Source: Alphaproteobacteria bacterium UBA3768
GTDB taxonomy: Bacteria; Pseudomonadota; Alphaproteobacteria; CAAHEQ01; UBA3637
Reading direction: 5' to 3'
DNA length: 64,000 bases
Assembly: GCA_002372315.1 (NCBI GenBank)
Contig: DFFU01000026.1
Location: 1,230 to 65,229 of the forward strand
Below the pieces are notes generated by a model, which was given only the letters and a program-made list of their open reading frames with translations, had not been told where the DNA came from and made no database searches. Of this stretch, positions 9,781 to 21,159 are shown piece by piece. Both the position numbers and the translations under genes were made by a program. The first letter of the stretch is position 1; every line of letters starts with the position of its first letter.

Positions 9781-9880
9781 CCAATTTAAATCATTTTAGA
9801 TAAAATGTCAAATCAAAATTATTAAAAATTTTGTTGCATTATATAAAAAAATAGTTTAAGGTACTGAAAAAGGAGTTATC

Positions 9881-10576
9881 ATGAAGAAAAAAATAAACAG
9901 TGATTTTCCAGATTTGTCTTGGCGTCGTTACCTTGTGCCACCTGTTCATAAAGAGGGTTTAAAAATTTTAGGGGTTGTTTTGACTATCTCTATTGCATTT
10001 GGGTTCATTTCTGCATGGTTTGGGTTGCTTTTTGGCCCATTCTGTGTGTTTTCATTCTATTTCTTTCGTAATCCTGAACGTGTTGTTCCAACAGGTGAGA
10101 ATTTGATTTTGGCCCCTGCTGATGGTATCGTATGTAAAATAGAAGAAGTGGATACCCCTAAGGCTTTTAAAATGAAAGATAAAAAGTTGACACGTGTGAG
10201 TATTTTTATGAGTGTCTTTAATGTGCATGTGAATCGTGCACCTGTTTCGGGAAAAGTGACTGCTTTAAATTATCATCCAGGAAAGTTTGTCAGTGTTGCC
10301 GAAAAAGATAGTGAAGATAATGAACGTCAAGAAATTTTGTTGACAACTGACAACAAAGTTCAGTTAGCTTTTACACAAATTGCAGGTTTGGTAGCCCGTA
10401 GGATTTACTGTCCTTTAAAAGTAGGGGATGACTTGAAAGCAGGACAAGTCTTTGGGATGATTCGTTTTGGATCCAGATTAGATGTTTATTTGCCCAAAAA
10501 AGTAAAACCTGAAGTATTGGTAGGCCAAACAATGGTTGCAGGTGAAACTGTTATCGCAAAATTAGGTGAGGAGTAA
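9881..10576 (+). CDS. psd: phosphatidylserine decarboxylase proenzyme (small type)
   Basis: 231 aa with the C-terminal self-cleavage motif region FGSRLDV (GST-type), just upstream of pssA. Confidence 0.85.
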   Translation: MKKKINSDFPDLSWRRYLVPPVHKEGLKILGVVLTISIAFGFISAWFGLLFGPFCVFSFYFFRNPERVVPTGENLILAPADGIVCKIEEVDTPKAFKMKDKKLTRVSIFMSVFNVHVNRAPVSGKVTALNYHPGKFVSVAEKDSEDNERQEILLTTDNKVQLAFTQIAGLVARRIYCPLKVGDDLKAGQVFGMIRFGSRLDVYLPKKVKPEVLVGQTMVAGETVIAKLGEE

Positions 10577-11372
10577 AAAAATGACAAATAAAGAAGTAAA
10601 CCCGAAAATTATTTTTCCAAATGCAGTGACTATGTTGGCATTAGCGTTCGGTGTTTCCTCTATAAATATGTCTTTATGGGGGAACTGGAAAATGGCTGTT
10701 ATATTTATTATTTTGGCTGGTCTTTTCGACTTTCTAGATGGGAAAGTGGCGCGTTTATTGGGGGTTTCATCTAAATTTGGGGCTGAGTTGGATTCTTTAT
10801 CAGATTTTGTAAGTTTTGGTGTGGCGCCAGGATTATTGATGTATCAATGGAGCATGAATGCTCAATATCGTCTGATGGCTATGAATAATATAGCCTATAA
10901 ACCTATGGCGGTTGGGATTGCATGGTGTTTTATTTTGTTTTTAGCAATGTGTTGTGCGACACGATTGGCTCGATTTAATACAATGCTAGACGAAAAGCAA
11001 CCAGATTATTGGAAGCACTTTTTTATGGGGGTGCCGGCTCCTGCTGGTGGAGCTTTGGCGATGTTGCCTTTAATTTTATGGTTAGCTACAAATCAAACAT
11101 ATAGTTTTCTGCGTTCACCGTTGTTTGCTGGTACTTTTGTTGTATTTTCTGGTGTAATGATGGCTAGTAAAATTCCAACTTTTTGTTTAAAGCATATTCA
11201 TATTGATCGTGATTATGCGTGGATTTTACTTGTTTTTCTTCTTTTGTTGATTGCAGGCTTGATGACATATACGTGGATTGTGATGAGTGTTCTTGGTGTT
11301 TTTTATCTCTTATCAATCCCAGCTAGTATTTGCCTGTTTTTAAAACTAAAAAAGAAAGTATTGTCGAAATAA
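10566..11372 (+). CDS. pssA: CDP-diacylglycerol--serine O-phosphatidyltransferase
   Basis: CDP-alcohol phosphatidyltransferase motif DFLDGKVAR...GAELDSLSDFVSFGVAP, in a multi-TM protein. Confidence 0.9.
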   Translation: MRSKKMTNKEVNPKIIFPNAVTMLALAFGVSSINMSLWGNWKMAVIFIILAGLFDFLDGKVARLLGVSSKFGAELDSLSDFVSFGVAPGLLMYQWSMNAQYRLMAMNNIAYKPMAVGIAWCFILFLAMCCATRLARFNTMLDEKQPDYWKHFFMGVPAPAGGALAMLPLILWLATNQTYSFLRSPLFAGTFVVFSGVMMASKIPTFCLKHIHIDRDYAWILLVFLLLLIAGLMTYTWIVMSVLGVFYLLSIPASICLFLKLKKKVLSK

Positions 11373-11394
11373 AAAAGTAAGAAGGGGGGGGAGA

Positions 11395-11925
11395 ATGTTT
11401 CGAAAAATTTTATTTTGTATACTTTTGGGACTTCCCTTGGTTGTGAATGCCCAAAACACATTACGCAAAAAATCACCTGAAGCTATGAATAGAGTGCGTC
11501 AAATTTTGGACATGAAGGTTTTTCATGATAGAATGATTGTGAAAGATATTTTAAAGTCTATGCGTGATCAGGATGCGTCAGGTAGAACATCAGATCCAGA
11601 TTTGCTCAATGAAATGGGGCATGAAGGATTGTTTTCAAAAAAAGATTCTGATATAATTCGTAAAGAATCTGCACGTAAAGTTGTGCGTACCAGATTGATG
11701 AAAAAAACTTGGGAAGAACAGGAAAAAGAAATTGATGAAGATCCTTTTGAGGCTTTTATTGGTTTAATTGAAAATCAGGAAGTTCCCAATTTAAAAAAAG
11801 AGGAGTTGGATAGTCTCAATTCTGTGGATAAAACTGTAATACCTAGAACATTACAGATGTTGACAGAGTCAGGTCCAAGTGTTGGAGCAGAAGCGGTGTC
11901 TGTGACCTATGATGAAGTGCGCTAG
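11395..11925 (+). CDS. secreted hypothetical protein
   Basis: Signal peptide MFRKILFCILLGLPLVVNAQ, then charged low-complexity sequence with no recognisable domain. Confidence 0.45.
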   Translation: MFRKILFCILLGLPLVVNAQNTLRKKSPEAMNRVRQILDMKVFHDRMIVKDILKSMRDQDASGRTSDPDLLNEMGHEGLFSKKDSDIIRKESARKVVRTRLMKKTWEEQEKEIDEDPFEAFIGLIENQEVPNLKKEELDSLNSVDKTVIPRTLQMLTESGPSVGAEAVSVTYDEVR

Positions 11926-11930
11926 TTCGA

Positions 11931-12668
11931 ATGAAATATAAAAAAAATCTTAAAAGGTTGGCTCCTATAGTTGTTTTGGTACGGCCACAGTTGGCTCAAA
12001 ATATAGGGATGGTTGCACGGGCAATGATGAATTGTGGTTTATCAGAATTACGCTTGGTAAATCCGAAGCAATCCCAACTTTCAAAAGAAGCGATTTCCGC
12101 TTCATCAGGTGCGCAGAGTATTTTGGAACAAGCAAAAAAGTATAATTCATTATCCTTGGCTCTTTCGGATGTGAATTATACGTTTGCAACAACAGCACGT
12201 CAACGGGATATGGTTAAATCGGTTTGTTCTCCCGAAAGCGCTAATTTAAAAATAAATCAACTTCTAAAATCAAAACAAAAGGTTGCATTGATTTTTGGAC
12301 CGGAGCGTACTGGTTTGGAAAATGATGATCTTATTTTGGCCAACGCAATTTTATCTGTCAATTTAAATCCTGTTCACCCATCACTTAATTTAGCTCAAGC
12401 TGTTTTATTGATTGGTTGGAGTTGGTGGAACAGTCAAAATGATGTGATTGAAAATAAGAATTATTCTTTGGCCTCACATGACGAATTAGAACAATTTTTA
12501 ACTTTTTTGGAAAATACATTATCACAAAATGGTTATTTTCAATGGGCTGATAAAAAGCAGAGGATGATAAATAATATGCGAAACATCTTTGTACGCAATG
12601 AATTGACTTCATCCGAAATAAAAACATTGTACAGAATGATAAAAAAAATTTCTGGCAGAAAAATTTAG
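11931..12668 (+). CDS. trmJ: SpoU/TrmH-family RNA 2'-O-methyltransferase (TrmJ-like)
   Basis: N-terminus VVLVRPQLAQNIGMVARAMMNCGLSELRLVNP resembles E. coli TrmJ. Length 245 aa. Confidence 0.7.
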   Translation: MKYKKNLKRLAPIVVLVRPQLAQNIGMVARAMMNCGLSELRLVNPKQSQLSKEAISASSGAQSILEQAKKYNSLSLALSDVNYTFATTARQRDMVKSVCSPESANLKINQLLKSKQKVALIFGPERTGLENDDLILANAILSVNLNPVHPSLNLAQAVLLIGWSWWNSQNDVIENKNYSLASHDELEQFLTFLENTLSQNGYFQWADKKQRMINNMRNIFVRNELTSSEIKTLYRMIKKISGRKI

Positions 12669-12721
12669 TTTTTTTATTAAAAAGTACTTGTTTTTTTGAT
12701 GAAATTTGTGTATGAACATAA

Positions 12722-13804
<1,083 letters not shown>

Positions 13805-13821
13805 GTTGAAAGAGGTTGCCC

Positions 13822-14676
13822 ATGGAGAGCAAAGTCTTTCGTTTAAAACGTATAAGGGCACAGATAAGACGTTTGTTACCTCTTTTCTTTTTGTTTGTTG
13901 CGTTGCTCATCATGGTTTTGGTGCGTTCCGATTCCCCAGCTGTTACCGAGATTCGGACTATTCTATGGGAGTATATAACTCCTGTTGTTTCTGTTGTAAA
14001 ACGTCCCGTTCTCTGGATAAAAAGTGGTACAGAGGGAGTTAAGGATTTGATTTTCACTTATCAAAATAATATTGAGTTAAAACAAGAAAATCAAGATCTA
14101 AAAAAGTGGCAATTACAGGCCTTAAAATTACAAACAGAGAATATTGAATTAAAAAGACATTTTAATTATAAAATTTCAAATAAAGTAAAAGAAATAATGG
14201 CTGAAATTGTCTTAGATGAGGGAGGGGAATTTGGTCGTTCTTTTGTTGTGCAGGCTGGTCGTGAACAGGGTGTAAAAAAGGGAATGCTTGCATTTGGACC
14301 AGTTGGATTATTTGGGCGAATTACTCATGTTGGGAAAAAATATTCTCGTTTAATGCCCATGACTGACTATATGTCTCATGTCCCTGTCTATGTTGGGCAG
14401 GAAAAAAAAGTAGCCTTTTTGATTGGAGATAATACTGATAGGCCCTATTTGCAATTTACTGATGAAAAAGAATATGCACAAAAAAATGATATTGTCTTTT
14501 CATCCGGATATATGGGAATTTATCCATCTAATTTACCCATTGGTCGGGTTGATCAAGAAAATGAAAATGCTCCGCGTGTGCTATTATTTGAAAATATTAA
14601 CGGTTTAACATTTGTTCGGCTGATAGATTTTGGATTAACAGAAAATCTTTTAAGTGAAGATTTGGAGTCGCTGTGA
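13822..14676 (+). CDS. mreC: rod shape-determining protein MreC
   Basis: Lies between mreB and mreD, with an N-terminal TM segment and coiled coil. The ATG at 13822 has an AGAGG SD 6 nt upstream; the track starts at the TTG at 13816. Confidence 0.85.
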   Translation: MESKVFRLKRIRAQIRRLLPLFFLFVALLIMVLVRSDSPAVTEIRTILWEYITPVVSVVKRPVLWIKSGTEGVKDLIFTYQNNIELKQENQDLKKWQLQALKLQTENIELKRHFNYKISNKVKEIMAEIVLDEGGEFGRSFVVQAGREQGVKKGMLAFGPVGLFGRITHVGKKYSRLMPMTDYMSHVPVYVGQEKKVAFLIGDNTDRPYLQFTDEKEYAQKNDIVFSSGYMGIYPSNLPIGRVDQENENAPRVLLFENINGLTFVRLIDFGLTENLLSEDLESL

Positions 14677-15179
14677 AAACAAAATTATTGAAAAATTTTT
14701 TATACTATTTTTTCCCCATTTTATGGGCTATTTTGTTTGTTTGTATAGGGGTTATTCCAACACGCTTGTTTCAAAATTTTCATCAAAATATTCCGTTTAT
14801 TTTGGTTGTGATATTTTACTTTGCTTTATTTGGTTCTAACAGGTTGAATGTGTTGATTGTTTTTGGGCTTGGTTTATTGACAGATTTTCTATCCCCATCT
14901 GCTATATTGGGTTTAAATGCTTTTATATATGTTATAATGTTCTTTATGGCGCAATTGTTTAAAAGTTATCTATATAATCTTTCTTTTTGTCATTTATGGA
15001 TTATTTTTTGTATTTTAATGTTGTTTGTAGACATAGTATGGGTTTGGTTAGCACGATTTACAACAAATTTATGGGTAACACCATCATTTTGGTTTGTCCA
15101 ATATTTATTTACTTGCATGTTTTATCCGATTATTGTGTGGATAACTGCTAAGTTAAATCTATATACAAAGGATGTGTGA
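14673..15179 (+). CDS. mreD: rod shape-determining protein MreD
   Basis: 168-aa polytopic membrane protein after mreC, with overlapping start and stop. Confidence 0.8.
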   Translation: MKTKLLKNFLYYFFPILWAILFVCIGVIPTRLFQNFHQNIPFILVVIFYFALFGSNRLNVLIVFGLGLLTDFLSPSAILGLNAFIYVIMFFMAQLFKSYLYNLSFCHLWIIFCILMLFVDIVWVWLARFTTNLWVTPSFWFVQYLFTCMFYPIIVWITAKLNLYTKDV

Positions 15180-16996
15180 TGGTTGTATGGCGTTATGAAA
15201 AAAAGCATATCCTTACAAAAAGATTGATGGTTTTATCTAGTTTCTTTCTAATAGTGTTTATTATTTTAATTGGACGTTTATTTTATTTACAAATTATTTT
15301 GGGTGATAAATATTTCTTGATGGCCGAAAAAAATCGTTTATCTGTTCGTTTAACAATGCCAGATCGGGGAAGGATTTATGACCGAAATGGTGTGATATTA
15401 GCGGATAATACCAGTACTTTTCAAGCTGTTTTAATTAAGGAACAAGCCAAGGATTATAAAAAAGTATTAAAACGTTTTTCAATGATTATTAATTTAGACG
15501 AAGAGGAATTGGAACACATTCAAAAGGATTTAAAGCGCAAGCGTGATTTCATGTTGGTTCGTTTGAAAGATAATTTGTCGTCTGAGCAAGTTGCTTTGTT
15601 ATATCTTAATGCACCAGATTTACCAGGTGTACAAATAGAACGTGGAAAAATCCGGCGATATCGTGAAAAAGAACGCTATGCACACACATTGGGATATGTG
15701 TCTTTACTCACAGATTCTGATACCGATAAAAAAGATGATCCTTTGTTGGATTTGCCTGGCTACAGAATTGGGAAAACGGGTATTGAAAAAAGTCAAAATA
15801 ATTTGTTGAAAGGTGTTCCAGGTTATTTAAAAAGTGAAGTTAATGCATCGGGCCGTACAGTGCGGATTTTGGAAAAAGCAAATCCTGTACCAGGAAAAGA
15901 TATAAAATTGACTATTGATAATCGCTTACAAAAATTTGCATTATCAACTTTGGGTGAACATGCCGCCAGTGCCATTGTTATGGATGTAAATACAGGTGAA
16001 ATATTATCAATGGTTTCAGCTCCTTCATTTGATCCAAGTTTGTTCCTGGCGCCAATCAGTGTCAAAAACTGGGAAAAATTACGCGATGATAAACGTTCTC
16101 CACTTCAAAATAAAGCTTTGAATGGAACTTATTCACCTGGATCAATATTTAAACTTGTGGTAGCACTGGCGGGTTTAGAAAGCAAAACAATAAAACAGCA
16201 TACGACAATTAATTGTGCAGGGCATACTAAATTGGGCGAACAAAAGTTTCACTGTTGGAAGTCAACAGGGCATGGTCCCTTGGATTTAATAGGAGCTCTT
16301 GCAGCTTCATGCGATGTTTACTTTTATGAAATTTCTCAGCGTATTGGGGCGGAAAATATATTGAATACGGCTCGCAAATTGGGTTTTGGAGAAAAAACAG
16401 GGATAGAGATGGAAGGGGAAAGAGCAGGGATTGTTCCTTCTTTTGAATGGAAAAAGAAAAAATTTAATGATTCTTGGCGCATGGGGGATACTTTAAATTT
16501 AAGTATTGGTCAGGGTTTTTTAAATGTGACACCTCTTCAAATTGTTCGTGCTGTTGCTGCAATTGCAAATGGTGGAAAATTGATACAGCCTCATCTATTA
16601 AAAAGTACAAAAGCAAATGTTAAAAATTTGGATTTTGATCCTCAAAATTTAAATATTGTACGAACAGGTATGTTTCAAGTTGTTAATGAACCAGGAGCAA
16701 CAGCCTATGGGGCTCGTTTTAATTTGAATGGGATGAAAATGGCTGGTAAAACAGCCACAACACAGGTACGTCGTATAACTCAAGAGCAACGTGATAAAGG
16801 GCTGCTAAAGGAAAAAGATATTCCTTGGCAATATCGTGATCATGCCTTGTTTGCTGCCTATGCACCTACAGATGATCCTCGCTATGCCATTGTTGTGGTG
16901 GTGGAGCATGGTGGTGGTGGCAGCCGTGTCGCAGCGCCCATTGCATCAAAGATTTTACAAGAAACATTACGTTTAGATTTAGAAGGTGAGAAATGA
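15176..16996 (+). CDS. mrdA: penicillin-binding protein 2 (peptidoglycan D,D-transpeptidase MrdA)
   Basis: Transpeptidase motifs SxxK (SPGSIFK), SxN (SCDVYF) and KTG (AGKTATTQ). Position follows mreD. Confidence 0.9.
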   Translation: MMVVWRYEKKHILTKRLMVLSSFFLIVFIILIGRLFYLQIILGDKYFLMAEKNRLSVRLTMPDRGRIYDRNGVILADNTSTFQAVLIKEQAKDYKKVLKRFSMIINLDEEELEHIQKDLKRKRDFMLVRLKDNLSSEQVALLYLNAPDLPGVQIERGKIRRYREKERYAHTLGYVSLLTDSDTDKKDDPLLDLPGYRIGKTGIEKSQNNLLKGVPGYLKSEVNASGRTVRILEKANPVPGKDIKLTIDNRLQKFALSTLGEHAASAIVMDVNTGEILSMVSAPSFDPSLFLAPISVKNWEKLRDDKRSPLQNKALNGTYSPGSIFKLVVALAGLESKTIKQHTTINCAGHTKLGEQKFHCWKSTGHGPLDLIGALAASCDVYFYEISQRIGAENILNTARKLGFGEKTGIEMEGERAGIVPSFEWKKKKFNDSWRMGDTLNLSIGQGFLNVTPLQIVRAVAAIANGGKLIQPHLLKSTKANVKNLDFDPQNLNIVRTGMFQVVNEPGATAYGARFNLNGMKMAGKTATTQVRRITQEQRDKGLLKEKDIPWQYRDHALFAAYAPTDDPRYAIVVVVEHGGGGSRVAAPIASKILQETLRLDLEGEK

Positions 16997-18144
16997 GCTT
17001 TTTTAAAGATAGAAATTGCTATATGAAAGATTATAATTTATCGTTAATGGATAAAATTAAGGGTTTTGATTATATATATTTGTTTTTTATTTCTTTGGTG
17101 GTGTTTATTGGATTGGGGGTTTTATATTCTGTTGGAGGTCATTGGATCAGTAAACAATCTTTTCATTTTATTTTGAGTTTAGGTATTTTGATTGTAATCG
17201 CTTTTTCCAATTTGAGGTTATGGATGAAGTATGCTTATTGGATTTATGGCGCAGCCTTACTCATGTTATTGGCTGTTGATTTGGTTGGTTATACGGGGAT
17301 GGGAGCCCAACGTTGGTTAAATTTTGGTATTATGAAGGTACAACCATCCGAGGTTATGAAAATAGCTCTAGTACTTGCTTTAGCACGCTATTTTCATGGT
17401 GCTGATTTGGATGATATTCGTTCCATTAAATATACTATACCTCCTGTTTTAATGGTAGTTGTTCCAGTTTTATTGATTTTAAAACAGCCAGATTTAGGAA
17501 CGGCGATGATGTTGGTTTTTATGAGTGTGTCTGTTTTCTTTTTGGTTGGTGTTCAAATATGGAAATTTGTTGTGCTTGGATTGGCTGCATTGGGGACGTT
17601 TCCAATTATTTGGTCATTATTGCATGATTATCAAAAAAGACGTGTTTTGACCTTTTTAAATCCAGAAAAAGACCCTTTGGGTGCTGGATATCACATATCT
17701 CAATCCAAAATTACCTTAGGTTCAGGGGGATTTTGGGGAAAAGGTTTTATGCAAGGTACGCAAAGCCATTTGAACTTTATTCCCGAAAAACAAACAGATT
17801 TTATTTTCACGGTTTTTGCCGAAGAATTTGGATGGATAGGCTCTTTGGGGCTGATACTCTTATATATTATTTTGATTAGTTATGGTTTTGCGATTACCAT
17901 AAAATGCCAAAATTTTTTTGGTAAGGTTTTAGCGGCAGGCTTAACTGTTAACTTGGCACTTTATGTTTTTATCAATTTGGGGATGGTAATGGGGTTGATG
18001 CCCGTTGTCGGTGTGCCTTTGCCCATGATGAGTTATGGTGGTACAGCAATGATGACGTTGTTTATCAGTTTTGGTTTGATGGAATGTGTTAAAATAAATC
18101 ATGAAATGGTCATTGGCAGATTAGGGTCGATTGATGATGAATGA
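16993..18144 (+). CDS. rodA: peptidoglycan glycosyltransferase RodA (SEDS family)
   Basis: 383-aa multi-TM SEDS protein downstream of mrdA. Overlapping stop/start ATGA. Confidence 0.9.
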   Translation: MSFFKDRNCYMKDYNLSLMDKIKGFDYIYLFFISLVVFIGLGVLYSVGGHWISKQSFHFILSLGILIVIAFSNLRLWMKYAYWIYGAALLMLLAVDLVGYTGMGAQRWLNFGIMKVQPSEVMKIALVLALARYFHGADLDDIRSIKYTIPPVLMVVVPVLLILKQPDLGTAMMLVFMSVSVFFLVGVQIWKFVVLGLAALGTFPIIWSLLHDYQKRRVLTFLNPEKDPLGAGYHISQSKITLGSGGFWGKGFMQGTQSHLNFIPEKQTDFIFTVFAEEFGWIGSLGLILLYIILISYGFAITIKCQNFFGKVLAAGLTVNLALYVFINLGMVMGLMPVVGVPLPMMSYGGTAMMTLFISFGLMECVKINHEMVIGRLGSIDDE

Positions 18145-19726
18145 TATTGATAACATATTGGATAGTGCTTTTTTGGATTATAATCAGGGCAACTATAAAG
18201 CTGCGGAACAAAAAGCCCGTGAGGTTTTGATTATTTGTCCATCACATGGTGATTGTTTTTATCTGTTGGGCTTAATAGCCCATAAAAAAGGGATTTTTGC
18301 ACAGGCTTGTGATTTATTAAATTTGGCTGTCAAAAACTATCCTGATCAAATGAGTTATCGCTTGGCGTTGGCAGAAGTTTATCAGCATCATGGCGACTAT
18401 GATAAGGCTTTAGATATGTATCGTCCATTTGTACATATGCCAAATGTTCAGTTACAATTGGGCTGGATTGCTTTGGCTCAGCACCAAAATCAAAAAGCAA
18501 AAAAAATTTTTGAAAATTTATTATCTGGCGAATTGAGGGCTCAGGCTTATCGAGGTCTTGCTTTTTGTTATAAAGATAGAAAAAAATGGTATTACCTACA
18601 AAAAAGCTTTAACATTGATCGCAACTCATTTGTGGTTCAAGATATTGTTGCATACTTATTGCAGAGAAAAAATTACAAAAAAATCTCCTCTTATATGCCT
18701 TATTTGAAAAATGATCTGTTAAAGAGTAAGTATTTGATAGGAATCAAAGATTATAATGGGGCCAAAAATATTTTGGCGACCCTTGTTTTAAAAAATCCAT
18801 ATGATGTTGATGTTTTGACCTTAATGGGAGTATGTTCTGAAAATTTAAAAGATTATCCAATGTCTGAAAAATTTTATACGCAAGTGCTTGAATTGGATAA
18901 AAATAATTGGAATGCACACAAAGCATTGGCCCGTATTATGATGCGCCAAAAAAAATTACCCATTGCTTTGGAACATTATCAAGTTTTATGTCGTTTGAAT
19001 CCGCAAGATAAAGAAACATTATTGGCAATGGCAACAATATTGGAAGGGGTAGAGGACGAAGCTGAAGCGTTAGGGGTTTATTTTAGACTTCTTACTTTAA
19101 AGTGCAAGGGGTTAAATTATAAAATTAAAAATTGTATTGAGCGGCTTTATAAAAAAGATGCAAAATTGGCAAAACAATTTGCAAAAGGTTGGGTGAAATG
19201 TTATCCCCAAAATAAAATTGCACAAAAGTTATTGAAAATATTAGGGCTATTCTTGATATCTATGGGGATGATATTTCCTGTTCAAGCAGATTATTTTTCG
19301 CAAGACAAAAATTGGGATTTAGTTTGGCGTAATCGTATGGCTGGCATGGGACATGCGGAAAGTCAGTATGAATTAGCACAAATGTTTGAATTGGGAAAAG
19401 ATGTGCCTCAAGACATTGGCCAAGCGATTCATTATTATCAACTGTCAGCAGCGCAAGATTATTTTCCAGCTATGCTTAAATTGGGGGAAATTTTTCGCCA
19501 AGAAAACGCATATCAGGACAAAAAAAAATCATTGCAATGGTATACTTATGCAGCTCAAAAAGGTGAAGTTCAAGCGCAATTATATTTAGCAAATTTTTAC
19601 CAAGAAAAAGAACAATTTGATAAGAATCAGGCAAAATATTGGTTAGAAAAGGCCCTGAAACAGCTTTTTCCAAATACCACCGATTTAACCCAAGTTTCGC
19701 CAGATTATAAAAAATTATCTGAATAA
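18131..19726 (+). CDS. TPR-repeat / Sel1-repeat protein with an internal hydrophobic signal-like segment
   Basis: The N-terminal 350 aa is TPR-like. A segment KLLKILGLFLISMGMIFPVQA follows, then Sel1 repeats (GHAESQYELAQMFELGKDVPQD...). Confidence 0.65.
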   Translation: MMMNDIDNILDSAFLDYNQGNYKAAEQKAREVLIICPSHGDCFYLLGLIAHKKGIFAQACDLLNLAVKNYPDQMSYRLALAEVYQHHGDYDKALDMYRPFVHMPNVQLQLGWIALAQHQNQKAKKIFENLLSGELRAQAYRGLAFCYKDRKKWYYLQKSFNIDRNSFVVQDIVAYLLQRKNYKKISSYMPYLKNDLLKSKYLIGIKDYNGAKNILATLVLKNPYDVDVLTLMGVCSENLKDYPMSEKFYTQVLELDKNNWNAHKALARIMMRQKKLPIALEHYQVLCRLNPQDKETLLAMATILEGVEDEAEALGVYFRLLTLKCKGLNYKIKNCIERLYKKDAKLAKQFAKGWVKCYPQNKIAQKLLKILGLFLISMGMIFPVQADYFSQDKNWDLVWRNRMAGMGHAESQYELAQMFELGKDVPQDIGQAIHYYQLSAAQDYFPAMLKLGEIFRQENAYQDKKKSLQWYTYAAQKGEVQAQLYLANFYQEKEQFDKNQAKYWLEKALKQLFPNTTDLTQVSPDYKKLSE

Positions 19727-21019
19727 TTATTCTTTTTCTTTCTCTTTTCGATTTTCTTTGAAAAAACTACCCAAATAATGTTGAGTATATTTTCCTTTTC
19801 TATTTTCTGGTAATACGATTTGGCCATCGGGTCGAACAACGATTGGAAAAATTAAATTCGCACCTTCTTTATCCAAGAGTTTGGATGAAAATTGGTTGGC
19901 ACGTCCTCCCGCATGAATTTTTTCTTTTACGACAAGACAATCTTGAAATAATTCATCCGCAACAGAAGGGCCATCTTTTAAAAAGAGATGCGCAACATAA
20001 ACACCATAATGTCCAGGAACAGATTTAATCAAATCTACAGTATCCCTAAATTGTTTTATATTATGGGGCATATTTTCTTTTGGGGTATCGACAAAGGACA
20101 TATGGATGTCATCATTAGAACAAGCCTTTGCAATAGCTCTTTTTGAAATTTTATCAGTAATACCTTTTGTTTGGAAAAAGAAAGGTCTGTTATTGGATGT
20201 TAAAAAATTGGAAATATCACCAGCATCAACTCCCATAATTGGATCGTAATATTGGGCGCAATCAGAATCGTGATAAAAACGATCGAACTTTTCCAAACCT
20301 TGTTCTTTAAACGATTCTTCACCTTCACAGTATTTATACAATTTTTCCAATCCATCATAAAAGCATCTCCAAATAGGGTAGGGCATATGAGATAAATGTG
20401 GTTTAGCATCCGCAAAACAGTGGGAACAATTATTCTGGCAACCTGATGAAAGTTGGATAACTGGAAAAGCATATTTTTGTTGTCCATGAATATTAATCCC
20501 ATCAAAAAGTAATGCATCAGGTATTGAATTAAACTGCTCCAAACCTGGCCAAGTAATATAATATTTTAAATCCATTAAGAATTTATTACTGGTTTTCATG
20601 GCTAATTCGGCCATATCATCTGTGATTTCGTTGTGGCAAATAGCATGTAAAAGCCTTTTTAATGCCCAACGCCCACGCATAGAAAGTATATTTTCTTTAA
20701 AAGTTGGAATATGCTTGCTTGTTGTTAAAGGAATAGAACAATTTGAATAAGCGGTCAATACTTTGATGGCGTGTGAAATCGTATAGGCATTGATTTTATG
20801 ATGCAGGGAAATATTTGAAAAATTTGGGGAGTTTTTAATAATTTTGCGCATTTCAGGATGGATGCTCTCTTTGACATAAAAAGGTAACTCAGACCAACGA
20901 TCATAGGCTTGGCGCACAATTAAAGGCGAATAGATTTCAGAAAGCAAAAAAACATCCAAAACTTTGGGAACAATTTTGGGGTTGTCTTTGTTTTGCCAGA
21001 CAAATTCAAATATGTTCAC
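19727..21019 (-). CDS. hypothetical protein with radical-SAM-like CxxxCxxC motif
   Basis: 430 aa containing SSGCQNNCSHCF (C-x3-C-x2-C). No other assignable domain by eye. Confidence 0.45.
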   Translation of the reverse strand: MNIFEFVWQNKDNPKIVPKVLDVFLLSEIYSPLIVRQAYDRWSELPFYVKESIHPEMRKIIKNSPNFSNISLHHKINAYTISHAIKVLTAYSNCSIPLTTSKHIPTFKENILSMRGRWALKRLLHAICHNEITDDMAELAMKTSNKFLMDLKYYITWPGLEQFNSIPDALLFDGINIHGQQKYAFPVIQLSSGCQNNCSHCFADAKPHLSHMPYPIWRCFYDGLEKLYKYCEGEESFKEQGLEKFDRFYHDSDCAQYYDPIMGVDAGDISNFLTSNNRPFFFQTKGITDKISKRAIAKACSNDDIHMSFVDTPKENMPHNIKQFRDTVDLIKSVPGHYGVYVAHLFLKDGPSVADELFQDCLVVKEKIHAGGRANQFSSKLLDKEGANLIFPIVVRPDGQIVLPENRKGKYTQHYLGSFFKENRKEKEKE

Positions 21020-21159
21020 TATAACCTCCTGAAAACATTATAATTATAACATATTTATCTGATTTTGTCAATTTTAAAAATAATAGACAAAAATTTTTAT
21101 TGTCTTTGGTATTGTTTAATAACGCTTAGCAAACTTTTTATTCAGGTTTTTATTTCAGG

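Noticed and set aside
18131-19726. Splitting the TPR/Sel1 ORF into two genes
   Set aside because: There is no in-frame stop or frameshift between the halves. It is kept as one CDS, with the internal signal-like segment noted as a finding.
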